The translations under genes and the position numbers were made by a program. The notes under the pieces were generated by a model. The model saw nothing but the letters and a program-made list of their open reading frames with translations, made no database searches and was not told the origin of the DNA. Positions 23,688 through 34,849 of a stretch of 64,000 nucleotides of DNA are shown here, piece after piece (the stretch's first letter is position 1; each line of letters begins with the position of its first letter). This DNA comes from Chiloscyllium plagiosum (lineage: Eukaryota): assembly GCF_004010195.1 (NCBI RefSeq), contig NC_057728.1, positions 41,830,844 to 41,894,843 on the forward strand. Reading direction: 5' to 3'.

Positions 23688-23977
23688 TACCATGGTGGCT
23701 CAGTGGTTAGCACTGCTGCCTCACAGTGCCAGGGACCTGGGTTCAATCCCAACCTCGGGCAACTGTCTGTGTGAAGTTTACACATTCTCCCTCTGTCTGT
23801 GTGGGTTTACTCCCACAGTCACAAAGATGTCCAGGTTAGGTGGATTGGCCATGCTAAATTGCCAATTGTGTTGGGTGCATTAGCCAGGGGGAAATGAGTC
23901 TGGGTGGGTTACTCTTTGGAGGGTTGGTGTGGATTTGTTAGGCCAAAGGGCCTGTTTCCACATTGTAGGGAATCTAA
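23688..23977 (+). mobile_element. V-SINE (HE1-like)
   Basis: tRNA-like head with A and B boxes, V-domain, tail GTAGGGAATCTAA. Confidence 0.9.
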
Positions 23978-25587
23978 CCACCCTCACTCTTGCAGACAAG
24001 CCTTAGCACTTAATATTGTGCATAATTTTACAAAGTGCCACATGGTCATATTAGGATGCAAGTACATTACTGATATGGTCCAACATTTGATATGATGTAC
24101 ACATAGTCCATGTTTATATACATACATGTGTAGTACATTCCTGTTAAATCTAAGAAGAATTGCCAGAGTTCCACATAATATATAACCAGGACGTAGAGTT
24201 AAAGGTAGGACATAAATAGTGCGCTTAAAAATCAAGAAATAAATTGGAAGCCTTTGCATTACCTTTTGCTTGTGAAGACGACATCACTTCTGTGGTTCTG
24301 TTCTTTATTCTGCTCACAAAATCCAAATGCTGAAATACAGACATTTTAAGCTTCTGTTGTCTTGTAGGAGCTGCCTGAAGAAAGCTGTGAGCACAATCTT
24401 AAACAACAGATACAAAGCAAATATATTGACAGTTTTATCCTCTGATATCAGCTTCCCTTTCACATTTCTACAAAGGAAAATACTTTGTGTTGATAGCAAA
24501 ACTCTTAATGGCAATCCCCTTTCCTTCATGTTCTGCCAAAATGATTTCAGTCATCATTTGTACTGAATCTTAATATAGTGTGTTTCAAAATTCAATTTTT
24601 AAAATTTTATTTGCAGCATTAATAAAATGAATAAACTGCTTCAAGATGTTTTAGCCCCTTATTTTCAGATTTTACTCACAATAAAATTTGTCTCAACTAT
24701 CCTTACCATTGAAGCACACACTGAAAGGAGGCAACAACAGTTAGCTCTTTGAAATGCTGAGATTTGGATAATGTGGGCATGACCAGTTTAGTCAGCTAAT
24801 TCCAAATTCACAATGTAGAGAGTATAAGTACATACTTGGTGGATCTCATGGAAGATTGGTAATTGGCACAAGCCTTGATCAATCTCAGCTGAGATAATGG
24901 CAAACATATTAGAATTGACCTTAGTATCCTGCAGATTTTCACTCCTGTCTAATTTGGTGTCATTTCTGTTGGAAATACCTAAGCATGGACTCAACATAGT
25001 GATAGGCTTATACTCAGCACTGACATTTGTTGCAGTAGAATGTTCTGCTGAGACACGATCAACACATAAATGTAAAGAACAACAAGGAATCAGATGATAG
25101 GAATGAATGAATGCTTTCAAGACAGGAGGAGGTAGTAATAACTTCCAAAAGGCAGATGTGTTCATTCTCCTCATGCCTCATTGTCTTGCACTTTCATCAG
25201 TTGCTTATAGGATTATCCCATCTTCAATTTCTAGGAGCAATGCAACTAGGGAATAGGATATTTAAGGTAGTTTCCCTTTGCCTTTCTCATGTGCACTTAA
25301 AAGAAATACAAGTCTTCTACATGAAGAATCATCCACTGAAGTTCTAGCTCTTCTACCATTGACAGCAAGGAATTGCTAGTTCCATTGTTGGACATAGCTT
25401 GTAACTCTGAGCATGGAATGAAGGGGATGACTTGACTACAACAATCCACTAAAGTATTAAATTATTCTAAGTGTAGGACAAGGGAGAAGGGTAAATAAAC
25501 ATACATACATAAATTCACCAGACTTCATTACTTGGGTGCCTCGATGGTTAACCTGGTAAATGTGAGAGACATTGTGTTGTATGGTAC

Positions 25588-25968
25588 TTTTTTAAATTCA
25601 GGAGATATTCATTGCTGGCAGGCTGGTATTTATTGCCCCTTCCTATTTGTTCTTGAGAAGGGCAGGGTGAACAACCTATTTACATGTAACTGGTTTGTTA
25701 GGGCACTTCAGAGAGCATGAAACATCAAACACATTGTTGCAGGTCAACCTAGACCAGACTGGGTAAGCACAAATTATTTCCTTTCCTGAAGGACACTTGT
25801 GAACGACCCAATAGTTTTATAGTTGCTAATACTAGTTTTAATTCCAGATTTATTTAATGAATCAAATTTTTAAAATTTTCCAACTTCCGAGGTGGAATTT
25901 GAACTCACATCACTGATCATTTGTTCAGGCCTTCAGATCACCAACCTAGTTAAGTAACCACTGTACTA
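25588..25968 (-). mobile_element. Old tRNA-headed SINE sharing both ends with the CR1-group LINE
   Basis: Reverse complement shows TAGTACAGTGG (A box), GAGTTCAAATTCC (B box), TCTGGAATTAAAA, and tail CCTTCTCAAG..GGGCAATAAATACCAGCC. Confidence 0.6.
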
Positions 25969-26094
25969 AAACACTCCCAATTAGAGTTCACAAAGATAGA
26001 GACTGAACCCTCAAGCCTTACTGGCAGCTCTGCGAGGCACTAGCAGTTTAGTAGACTATTAGAATTGACCTCAATCCACAACCTACTTCCAAAA

Positions 26095-26347
26095 AAAGGA
26101 CCTAAGGGGCAACTTTTTTCATGCAGAGAGTGGTGCGTGTATGGAATGAGCTGCCAGAGGAAGTGGTGGAGGCTGGTACAATTACAGCATTTAAAAAGCA
26201 TCTGGATGGGTATATAAATAGGGATATGGGCCAAGTGCTAGCAAATGGGACTAGATTAGGTTAGGATATTTGGGCAGCATGGATGAGTTGGACCGAAGGG
26301 TGTGTTTCTGTGCTGTATATCTCTATATCTCTATGACTCTATGACTC
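26095..26347 (+). mobile_element. CR1-group LINE 3' fragment
   Basis: Close match to 195-451, ending in CTATGACTCTATGACT. Confidence 0.9.
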
Positions 26348-27154
26348 ATATTCCAAACTCTGATCAGTGAGCTCCTGATCACTTTTCATTGAACTCAGTT
26401 GGAAAAAAATGAACAAGTTGGACCACCAATTAAGGGCAATATACAGGTAAAGCTCTGATGTGTTTAATGATTAAGCAGCTTATTGATACTCAATATTAGG
26501 GCAGAAAACACGATGTTTACAAGATTGCTATTCTATTGTAAACTCGATCAAGTTCTCTTCCTTACCTTCCTTTTTAACTAATTATCCTTCCTCCAATCTT
26601 TTCTGGAAGTAGTTTCCCCTCAGCATTTGTCTGGTGTTTTATTGAGGTTGCTGTTCTTTGTGTAGGAAGTTTTGTAAATTATCCTCTGCTTGAAGCTTCA
26701 CATTGGAGAACAATCGTGCCATAGGTTCGGGCAAGATGCCATAAGGACTGGCACTTTTAGAGCTTTACCTCCACATGAATCAGCACTTCTAATTGAAAAA
26801 AGGCAACATTTTAAAACTTAATATTTTTTATGTATGAAGAAATAGTTTCACTGTTTGCTACCAATTCTGGAGGCAGCAAAGAATATTTATTGTCCTGTTA
26901 ACCAATAGAAGGAGGTAAGATATCTTGTGAGCATCTATAAAACAATTCCAAAAAATAACAAATTTCTTGAAAAAGCTGCGGGAAATGAGTTCACAAGCTG
27001 TGACTTAAGCTTAGCTTTTTTTTTTAAATTCTGGGATCAAAATTCAAAAGGTAAAATTCCAACACTATCACCAAAATTTGCACGAGAATGGAACTTGCTT
27101 GTTGAGATTTTTACATGATCACAGTGATGCAACTTTGTTTCTTTTCTTCAGGCT

Positions 27155-27680
27155 GAATCTTGACTTGATTTGACCTAAGCGCAGTGAAACGTTCTGTTTT
27201 GTGTGCAGTACAGGCAGATCATAACATACAAAGATCATTGGGTGATTGAATAGAGTGAGGAATACAAAATTACGGCTGCAAAGAAGGTTCATGAAAAGCA
27301 AGATCAACATTAGATTTGAATTTTGAGAGGTCTCTGATAACAGCAGAGATGAAGCTGTTCTTGAATCTGTTGGTACATGTGTTTAAGATTTTGTATCTTC
27401 TGCTTGACAGAAGAGATTGGAAGAGGCTACTCCAGGGTGCAAAAGGTCTTTGATGATGTTGGCTGCCTTTCCGAGGCATTGAGAAGTGTAGATAGAGTCA
27501 ATGGATGGAAGATTGACTTGCCTGATGATCTGGGCTGTACTAAGCTGTGATGCATCCAGATAGAATGCTTTCGATGGTGCTTCTATAAAAGTTGGTGAGA
27601 GTCCTTATGGAGATGCTGAATTTCATTAGCCTCCTTAGGAAGAAGAGGCATTGTTATACCTTCTTGACTGTCCCATCAAT
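27155..27680 (-). mobile_element. Rex1/Babar-like LINE 3' end
   Basis: SLFQSLLSSRRYKILNTCTNRFKNSFISAVIR (C-terminal motif of Rex1-type ORF2); short-repeat tail. Confidence 0.7.
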
Positions 27681-28621
27681 GAATCTTATATTTTCAGGCT
27701 AAATGTCAGTTGTGCCAAGTTTCATGGAGGGTTTTTCTCCATGAGATATAATGAGTTTTCTTGCTTCATTTTAACAAATTTCCCACATTAGCTACCTAAC
27801 CCACCCCGAAAGTGCCCCTCTCAACTAAGTCTAGCCCTATTCTACCACCCATCATATCTGGAACAAGTTGCAACTCACTATACATTCCTTGAAAGACTAG
27901 CATCCCGGTGCTCATGCCATCTTTAAAACGTTGCTCCTCACTGGCAATGTAAAGGCATAGCAGCCACAAAGCCACGCTGCTCACATCAAATGGACAGCAT
28001 GGTTGACACTCCCTTGCCTATACAGCCCCATTCTCTCACTCTAGTTGCTGTTTACCCAGCAGGTCACACAGTTTACCTGAAGCTACATCCTCTCTAAGTC
28101 CTCTCTCTGGGTCACTTCTCTTCTGTTGCCATTTTCCACAGAAGACCTGCAGCTTGTCACTGCAGGGGAACTTATCGTACAAGCGAACAATCGGACAATT
28201 AGAAGTGTATAAATCCTCAGGACCTGATCAGATGTATACCTAGAACTCTGTGGGAAGCTAGGGAAATGATTGCTGAGCCTCTTGCTGAGATATTTGTATC
28301 ATCAATAGTCACGGGTGAGGTGACAGAAGATTGGAGGTTGGCTAACATAGTGCCACTATTTAAGCAAGGTGGTAAGGACAAGCCAGGGAACTATAGAGCA
28401 GGGAACCTGATGTCGGTGGTAGGCAAGCTGTTGGAGGGAATCCTGAGGGACAGGATGTACATGTATTTGGAAACTGATTAGGAACAGTCAACATGACATT
28501 ATGCATGGGAAAACATTTCTCACCAACTTGATTGAGTTTTTTGAAAAAGTAACAAAGAGGATTGATGAGGGCAGAGCGGTAGACCATTGGAGTGCCACAA
28601 GGACCAGTGCTGGGTCCACTA

Positions 28622-29624
28622 ACTCTGAAGTTGGACGAGGGAGATCCAGTAGATGTAGTGTACCTGGACTTTCAGAAAGCTTTTGATAAAGTCCCACACA
28701 GGAGGTTAGTGAGTAAAATTAGGGCGCATGGTATTGGGGGCAAAGTACTAGATTGGATTGAAAATTGGTTGGCTAATAGGAAACAAAGGGTAGTGATAAA
28801 CGGCTCCATTTNNNNNNNNNNNNNNNNNNNNNNNNNNNNNNNNNNNNNNNNNNNNNNNNNNNNNNNNNNNNNNNNNNNNNNNNNNNNNNNNNNNNNNNNN
28901 NNNNNNNNNNNNNNNNNNNNNNNNNNNNNNNNNNNNNNNNNNNNNNNNNNNNNNNNNNNNNNNNNNNNNNNNNNNNNNNNNNNNNNNNNNNNNNNNNNNN
29001 NNNNNNNNNNNNNNNNNNNNNNNNNNNNNNNNNNNNNNNNNNNNNNNNNNNNNNNNNNNNNNNNNNNNNNNNNNNNNNNNNNNNNNNNNNNNNNNNNNNN
29101 NNNNNNNNNNNNNNNNNNNNNNNNNNNNNNNNNNNNNNNNNNNNNNNNNNNNNNNNNNNNNNNNNNNNNNNNNNNNNNNNNNNNNNNNNNNNNNNNNNNN
29201 NNNNNNNNNNNNNNNNNNNNNNNNNNNNNNNNNNNNNNNNNNNNNNNNNNNNNNNNNNNNNNNNNNNNNNNNNNNNNNNNNNNNNNNNNNNCACTGATGT
29301 GTGAGTGCCGAACCAGAGGACACAGCTTAAAAATACGGGGTAGACTATTTAGGACAGAGCTCAGGAGAAACTTCTTCACCCAGAGAGTGGTGGCTGTGTG
29401 GAATGCTCTGCCCCAGAGGGCAGTGGAGGCCCACTCTCTGGATTCATTTAAGAAAGAGTTGGATAGAGCTCTCAAAGATAGTGGAATCAAGGGTTATGGA
29501 GATAAGGCAGGAACAGGATACTGATTAGGAATGATCAGCCATGATTATATTGAATGGCGGTGCAGGCTTGAAGGGCTGAATGGCCTACTCCTGCACCTAT
29601 TGTCTATTGTCTATTGTCTATTGT
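28622..29624 (+). mobile_element. Nested CR1 LINE of a different family, spanning the assembly gap
   Basis: VDVVYLDFQKAFDKVPHRRL; tail (CTATTGT)4 at 29597-29624; CACTA direct repeat at 28617-28621 and 29625-29629. Confidence 0.88.
28812..29291. other. Assembly gap (480 N)
   Basis: Run of N characters. Confidence 1.
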
Positions 29625-30597
29625 CACTACTTTTCATCATTTATATTAATGACGTTGATGTGAGCTTAAGAGGTATAGTTAGTAAGTTTGCAGATAACAC
29701 TAAAATTGGAGGTGTAGTGGACAGTGAAGAAGGTTACCTTAGATTACAATGGGATCTTGATCGGATGAGCCAATGGGTTGAGGAGTGGCAGATGGAATTT
29801 AATTTAGATAAATGTGAGGTGCTGCATTTTGGGAAAGCAAATCTTCGCAGGACTTATACACTTAATGTTGCTGAGGGAGTGTTGCTGAACAAAGAGACTT
29901 TGAAGTGCATGTTCATAGCTCCTTGAAAGTGGAGTCACAGGTGGATAGGATAGTGAAGAAGGTGTTTGGTATGCTTTCCTTTATTGGTCAGAGTATTGAG
30001 TATAGCAGTTGGGAGGTCATAATGCGGCTGTACAGGACATTGGTTAGGCCACTGTTGTAATATTGCGTGCAATTCAGGTCTCCTTCCTATCGGAAGGATG
30101 TTCTGAAACATGGAAGGGTTCAGAAAAGATTTACAAAGATGTTGTCAGTGTTGGAGGATATGAGCTATAGGGAGAGGTTGAATAGCCTAGGGCTGTTTTC
30201 CCTGGAGTGTTGGAGGCTGAGGGGTGACCTTATAGAAGATTACAAAATTATGAGGGGCATGGATAGGGTAAATAGGCAAAGTCTTTTCCCTGTGATCAGG
30301 GAGTCCAGAACTAGAGAGCATAGGTTTAGGTGAGAGGGGAAAGATATAAAAGAGACCTAAGGGGCAACTTTTTCACACAGAGGGTGGTACATGTATGGAA
30401 TGAGCTGCCAGAGGAAGTGGTGGAGGCTGGTACAATTGCAACATTTAAGAGGCACTTGGATAGGTATATGAATAGGAAAGGTTTGGAGGGATATAGGCCA
30501 GGTGCTGGCAGATGGGACTAGATTGGGTTGGGATATCTGGTCGGCATGGACAGGTTGGATTGAAGTGTCTGTTTCCATGCTGTACATCTCTATGACT

Positions 30598-30958
30598 CTA
30601 TGAGGGGCATGGATAGGATAAATAGACAAGGTCTTTTCCCTCGGCTGGGGGAGTCCAGAACTAGAGGGCATAGTTTTAGGGTGAGAGGGGAAAGATATAA
30701 AAGAGACCTGAGGCGCAACTTTTTAACACAGAGGGTGGTGCGTGTATGGAATGTGCTGACAGAGGAAGTGGTGGATGCTAGTACAATTGCAACATTTAAA
30801 AGGCATCTGGATGAGTATATGAATAGAAAGGGTTTGGAAGAATATGGGCCGGGTGTTGGCAGGTGGGACTAGATTGGGTTGGGATGTCTGGTCAACATGG
30901 ACGAGTTGGATTGAAGGGTCTTTTTCCGTACTGTACATCTCAATGTCTCTATGACTCT
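30598..30958 (+). mobile_element. Second CR1 3' fragment joined head-to-tail to the previous copy
   Basis: ORF 30600-30872 parallels 30250-30521; the junction shares TATGA. Confidence 0.9.
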
Positions 30959-31059
30959 TTAATTCCGAACATGAGCCGTTATTTATAGGCAGCAGAACAG
31001 GAGAAATACAAAATCAGCAGTTCATTCCCATAATGAAACCCAAATGCTGGCATCATGAT

Positions 31060-31240
31060 CAAATCCATAATGATCTACAGCATACAGCTCTCATCTTCGA
31101 CAACTTGGCGTCAATAAGGTCCTGTCTGACTTGGAGTGACCGATGCAGCTGAGCTCTGTCATGCGTAAGCAGGACTTGCTCCTCCTCAATGTCTTCCTCC
31201 TCCTCCTCTATTATTCTCCCAGTTCCTTCACATTGCCTCA
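31060..31240 (-). mobile_element. Probable PIF/Harbinger transposase C-terminal remnant
   Basis: Acidic run followed by VRQDLI (EEEEEDIEEEQ..SLQVRQDLIDAKL), resembling the HARBI1-type C-terminus. Confidence 0.4.
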
Positions 31241-31242
31241 TG

Positions 31243-31585
31243 GGTGGCATGGTGGCTCAGTGGTTAGCATTGCTGTCTCACAGCACCAAGGACCCGCATT
31301 CGATTCCCACCTCAGGGACTATCTGTGTGGAGTTTGCACATTCTCCCTTTGTCTGCGTGGCTTTCCTCTGGGTGCTCCAGTTTCCTCCCACAATCCAAAG
31401 ATGTGCAGGTCAGGTGAATTGGTCATGCTAAATTGCTCATTGTGTTCAGGGATGTGCAGGTTAGGTGCATTAGTCTGGGATAGATGTAGAGTAGTTGGAC
31501 AATGGGTCTGGATGGGTTACTCTTTGGAGGGTCAGTGTGGACTTGTTGGGCCAAAGGGCCTGTTTCTACACTGTAGGGATTCTAT
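31243..31585 (+). mobile_element. V-SINE (HE1-like), full length
   Basis: tRNA-like head, V-domain, tail CACTGTAGGGATTCTAT. Confidence 0.9.
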
Positions 31586-33084
31586 AATAGACTAGAAGTC
31601 CACTCCAAGCAGTAGAACCTGGGAGTAGAGGGATAATGATCATGTGCATAAGATTAGTTCAGAATGGCATTATGGTCGGCACAGATATGGGGGGCCTATT
31701 TCTGTGCTGTACTGTTCTATGTTCAGTAGGGTCTGGTCAAAATATGGTTGGAATTATATCTGCACAGCACATTGCAGTGAGTAAGATTCTCCAGTCTAAT
31801 CATTTACCACCCTGTTCTTGTTTTATAAAATTATATATTTATTGCTTTGAATTTTTTTTTCGCCCAGCAAGTTTGTGTTATTTTCATACTTGAAACTTCT
31901 TTAAAAAGTCATATTTAACATAATGCCAAACCTTATCATTCCAAAATTTACTCATCTGCCCTGTCAGTGAGAAAAAAAAACAAATTAATGGGGCTCTTCA
32001 TGCAGTGAAGACTTTGTTTTAACACCAGGTTATAGTCCAACAGGTTTATTTGGAAGCACTAGCTTTCAGAGTGCTGCTCCTTCATCAGGTGGTTGTGGAG
32101 AATAAGATTGTAAGACACAGAATTGATAGAAAAAGTTTACAGTATGATGTAACTGAAATTATACATTGAAAAAGACCTGGATTGTTTGTTAAGTCGTTCA
32201 TCTTTTAGAATGACCAAGTTGGTTTCAGTTCTTTCATATGTAAATCGCATAACCTTTTTTAAAAATTACATTCTCAAGTGCACTTTAACAATTGGAGTGT
32301 TCCCCCCCAGTCGGAGATCACTTCAGCGGTGCGGGACATTTGACCTCGGACCTTTTCGTGACCATCCTCCAAAGCGGACCTCAGGACAGGCAACAATGAA
32401 AAGTGGCCAAGCAGAGGCTGATAGCCAAGTTTGGTACCCATGGGGATGGCCTCAACCGGGACCTTGGGTTCATGTCACATTACAGGTGATCCCATTGCAC
32501 TATACACACACACAAACACAGACAGACAGACAGACAGATAGACACTCACATGCACACTCAGACCCTCTCTCATACACTCACACATACACTCCGACACACA
32601 CCCTCTCACAGACTTAAACTCCTTTACACTCACACTCACATACATACATACACCTCTCACAGACACTCATAACAGCCCCCCACACACCCCAAAATACAAC
32701 ATCCACATGCACACATACATATATAGGTTTGTGGGGTGAATGTGTACTTGCAGAATTACATTTTACTTTGCTCAAAAACTGCATGAATCCACATAAGATT
32801 CTGTAAATCCATTTTTTAGATGAGAATCAGACTGACCATTGTGGTACAGTAAGCCCTATGGGGAATTAACACTTTCAAAACCTTATCTGGGCTGACATGA
32901 CACCAATTGTTAAAGTGCACTTGAGAATGTAACTTTTAAAAAAGATTTTGCGATTTACATATGAAAGAACCGAAACCAACATGCCCATTCTAAAAGATTC
33001 GGAGATGCCGGTGTTGGACTGGGGTGTACAAAGTTAAAAATCATACAACACCAGGTTATACTCCAACAGGTTTAATTGGAAGCA

Positions 33085-33119
33085 CACTAGCTTTCGGAGC
33101 GACGCTCCTTCATCAGGTG
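33085..33119 (-). ncRNA. Minimal type I hammerhead ribozyme, intact core
   Basis: CAC-CTGATGA-A-GGAGC-GTC-GCTCC-GAAA-GCTA-GTG: perfect stem II, palindromic AGCT stem III, stem I CAC/GTG. Confidence 0.8.
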
Positions 33120-33794
33120 ATTGTGGAGGGCTCGATCGTAACACAGAATTTATAGCAAAAATTTGCAGTGTGATGTAACTGAAATTATACATTGAAGAAT
33201 TGATTGTCTGTTAAGCCTTTCATTTGTTAGAATACAGTGATAGTTTTACTTCTTTCATGTGTAAATCACAAAACCCTTTTTTAAATTATTTTTTAAAAGT
33301 TGCATTCTCGGGTTAGCTGTTAACAATGGTGATAGCTAGACAATATGTTGAAGGTGTTAGCCCCCTGTGTTCTCTGTCTATGACCTGATGTTTAGATTGA
33401 TTCTAATCTAAAAAGTGAGATAACATAGTTTTACATAAATTCATGCAGTTTTTGAGCTCAGAGTTCTACATGAATGTATGCAGTTTTTGAGCAAAGTGCA
33501 ATGTAACTCTGCAAGTACAAAAAAATTCACCACACAAAATATATGTGTGATATTTAAGGACCATATCAAAGCAGCAACAAAAGAGGAACTGGAAGCATTT
33601 ATGCTTCAGAGTCAATGAGGTCTACAACACCGAAAAATCTGCTCTGGTCACAAACAACCACCTAATGATTCAATATGTCAATTATATAGGTATATACATT
33701 TTATATAGGAATATAATTTGTTTATGGGTAAAATATCTATTGCTGATCTCTTAGCTTTCTTGCCTCCAGGAGCTCTACTTAAGGAGGGGGAAGG

Positions 33795-34285
33795 TGAAGG
33801 CAGTGGCCTAGTGGTAGTACCACTGGACTATTAATCCAAGAGCCCTTCCTGAAGAAGGGCTTATGCCCAAAACGTCGATTCTCCTGTTCCCTGGATGCTG
33901 CCTGACCTGCTGCGCTTTTCCAGCAACACATTTCCAGTATTAATCCAAGAGAACCTGGTAATGCCTTGGGGCTCTGGGTTGGAATCCCACCATAATAGAT
34001 GGTAGAGTTTGAATTTCAATAAAAATCTGGAAATAGGTTCGGCGATGGCCATGACACTATTGCTGATTATTGGGGGGGGAAAAAAAAGGGAGGAAACAAA
34101 AATAAAATTTATTAAAAAAAACAAAATCGCACTGGCTCACTAATGAAAGAAACTGCCGTCCTTATCTGATCTGGACTACATGCGACTGCAGTAATGCGGT
34201 TGACTCTTAACTGTTCTCTGGGCAACTAAGGATGAGTAATAAATAATGGCCTAGACAGTGACACCCTTATCTAATGGATGAATAG
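33795..34285 (+). mobile_element. tRNA-headed bipartite SINE, interrupted by a Penelope fragment
   Basis: A box TGGCCTAGTGG, B-box-like GGTTGGAATCC; body and tail shared with 38103-38750 and 40605-40848. Confidence 0.8.
33843..33937 (+). mobile_element. 95-bp Penelope-derived hammerhead fragment
   Basis: CTGAAGAAGGGCTTATGCCCAAAACGTC (G12 mutated); 14-bp TSD TATTAATCCAAGAG at 33829-33842 and 33938-33951. Confidence 0.85.
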
Positions 34286-34849
34286 AAAGTAAGGCAGAAA
34301 GGAGGGAGATTCAACCAACAGATACAAGAAAGAAATAGATATGTTTCTTTTTAAAAAAAGGGTTTTGTGATTTACACATGAAAGAAGTGAAACTATCACT
34401 GTATTCTAACAGATGAAAGGCTTAACAGACAATCAATTCTTCAATGTATAATTTCAGTTACATCACACTGCAAATTTTTGCTATAAATTCTGTGTTACGA
34501 TCGAGCTCTCCACAATCACCTGATGAAGGAGCGTCGCTCAGAAAGCAAGTGTGCTTCCAATTAAACCTGTTGGACTATAACCTGGTGGTGTGTGATTTTT
34601 AACATTCTAAAAGATGAGAGACTTAAAAACAATCCGGGTCTTTTTCAATGTATAATTTCAGTTACATCACTCTGTAACCTTTTGCTATAAGTTCTGTGTC
34701 TTACAATCTTATTCTCCCCAATCACCGGATAAAGGAGCAGCACTCTGAAAGCTGGTGCTTCCAATTAAACCTATTGGACTATAACCTGGTGTTGTCTGAT
34801 TTTTAACTTTGTACACCCCAGTCCAACACCGGCCTCTCCAAATCATGTT

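Larger units (their letters stand above)
28205..30602 (+). mobile_element. CR1-group LINE RT-to-3' end, internally deleted, hosting a second CR1
   Basis: IVPLFKQGGKDKPGNYR, LTNLIEFFE, PQGPVLGP, then from 29625 FIIYINDVD..SKFADNTKIGG through to the tail. Confidence 0.92.
32999..34602 (-). mobile_element. Inner Penelope-derived fold-back element inserted in the outer one
   Basis: 13-bp TSD CATTCTAAAAGAT (32986-32998 and 34603-34615); inverted arms of about 250 bp (about 33032-33285 and 34350-34602) with roughly 8 differences by eye. Confidence 0.88.
32018..34846 (+). mobile_element. Outer Penelope-like element: inverted 5' pLTR (32018-32300), GIY-YIG C-terminus, CA-rich 3' UTR; pLTR resumes at 34603
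   Basis: PVGDHFSGAGHLTSDL..QRLIAKFGTHGDGLNRDLGFMSHYR* at about 32305-32488; 32018-32300 is the reverse complement of 32900-32998 plus 34603-34795. Confidence 0.88.

Noticed and set aside
24788..25347. Overlapping 66-128 aa ORFs in unique sequence
   Set aside because: No recognisable domain or exon structure; lengths compatible with chance
28592..29524. Long ORFs (173-310 aa) in the track
   Set aside because: Artefacts of translating through 480 N; the flanks are CR1 RT sequence
31143..31595. 150-aa ORF as a host gene (also 23563-23883 and 9059-9415)
   Set aside because: Chance ORFs through V-SINE sequence
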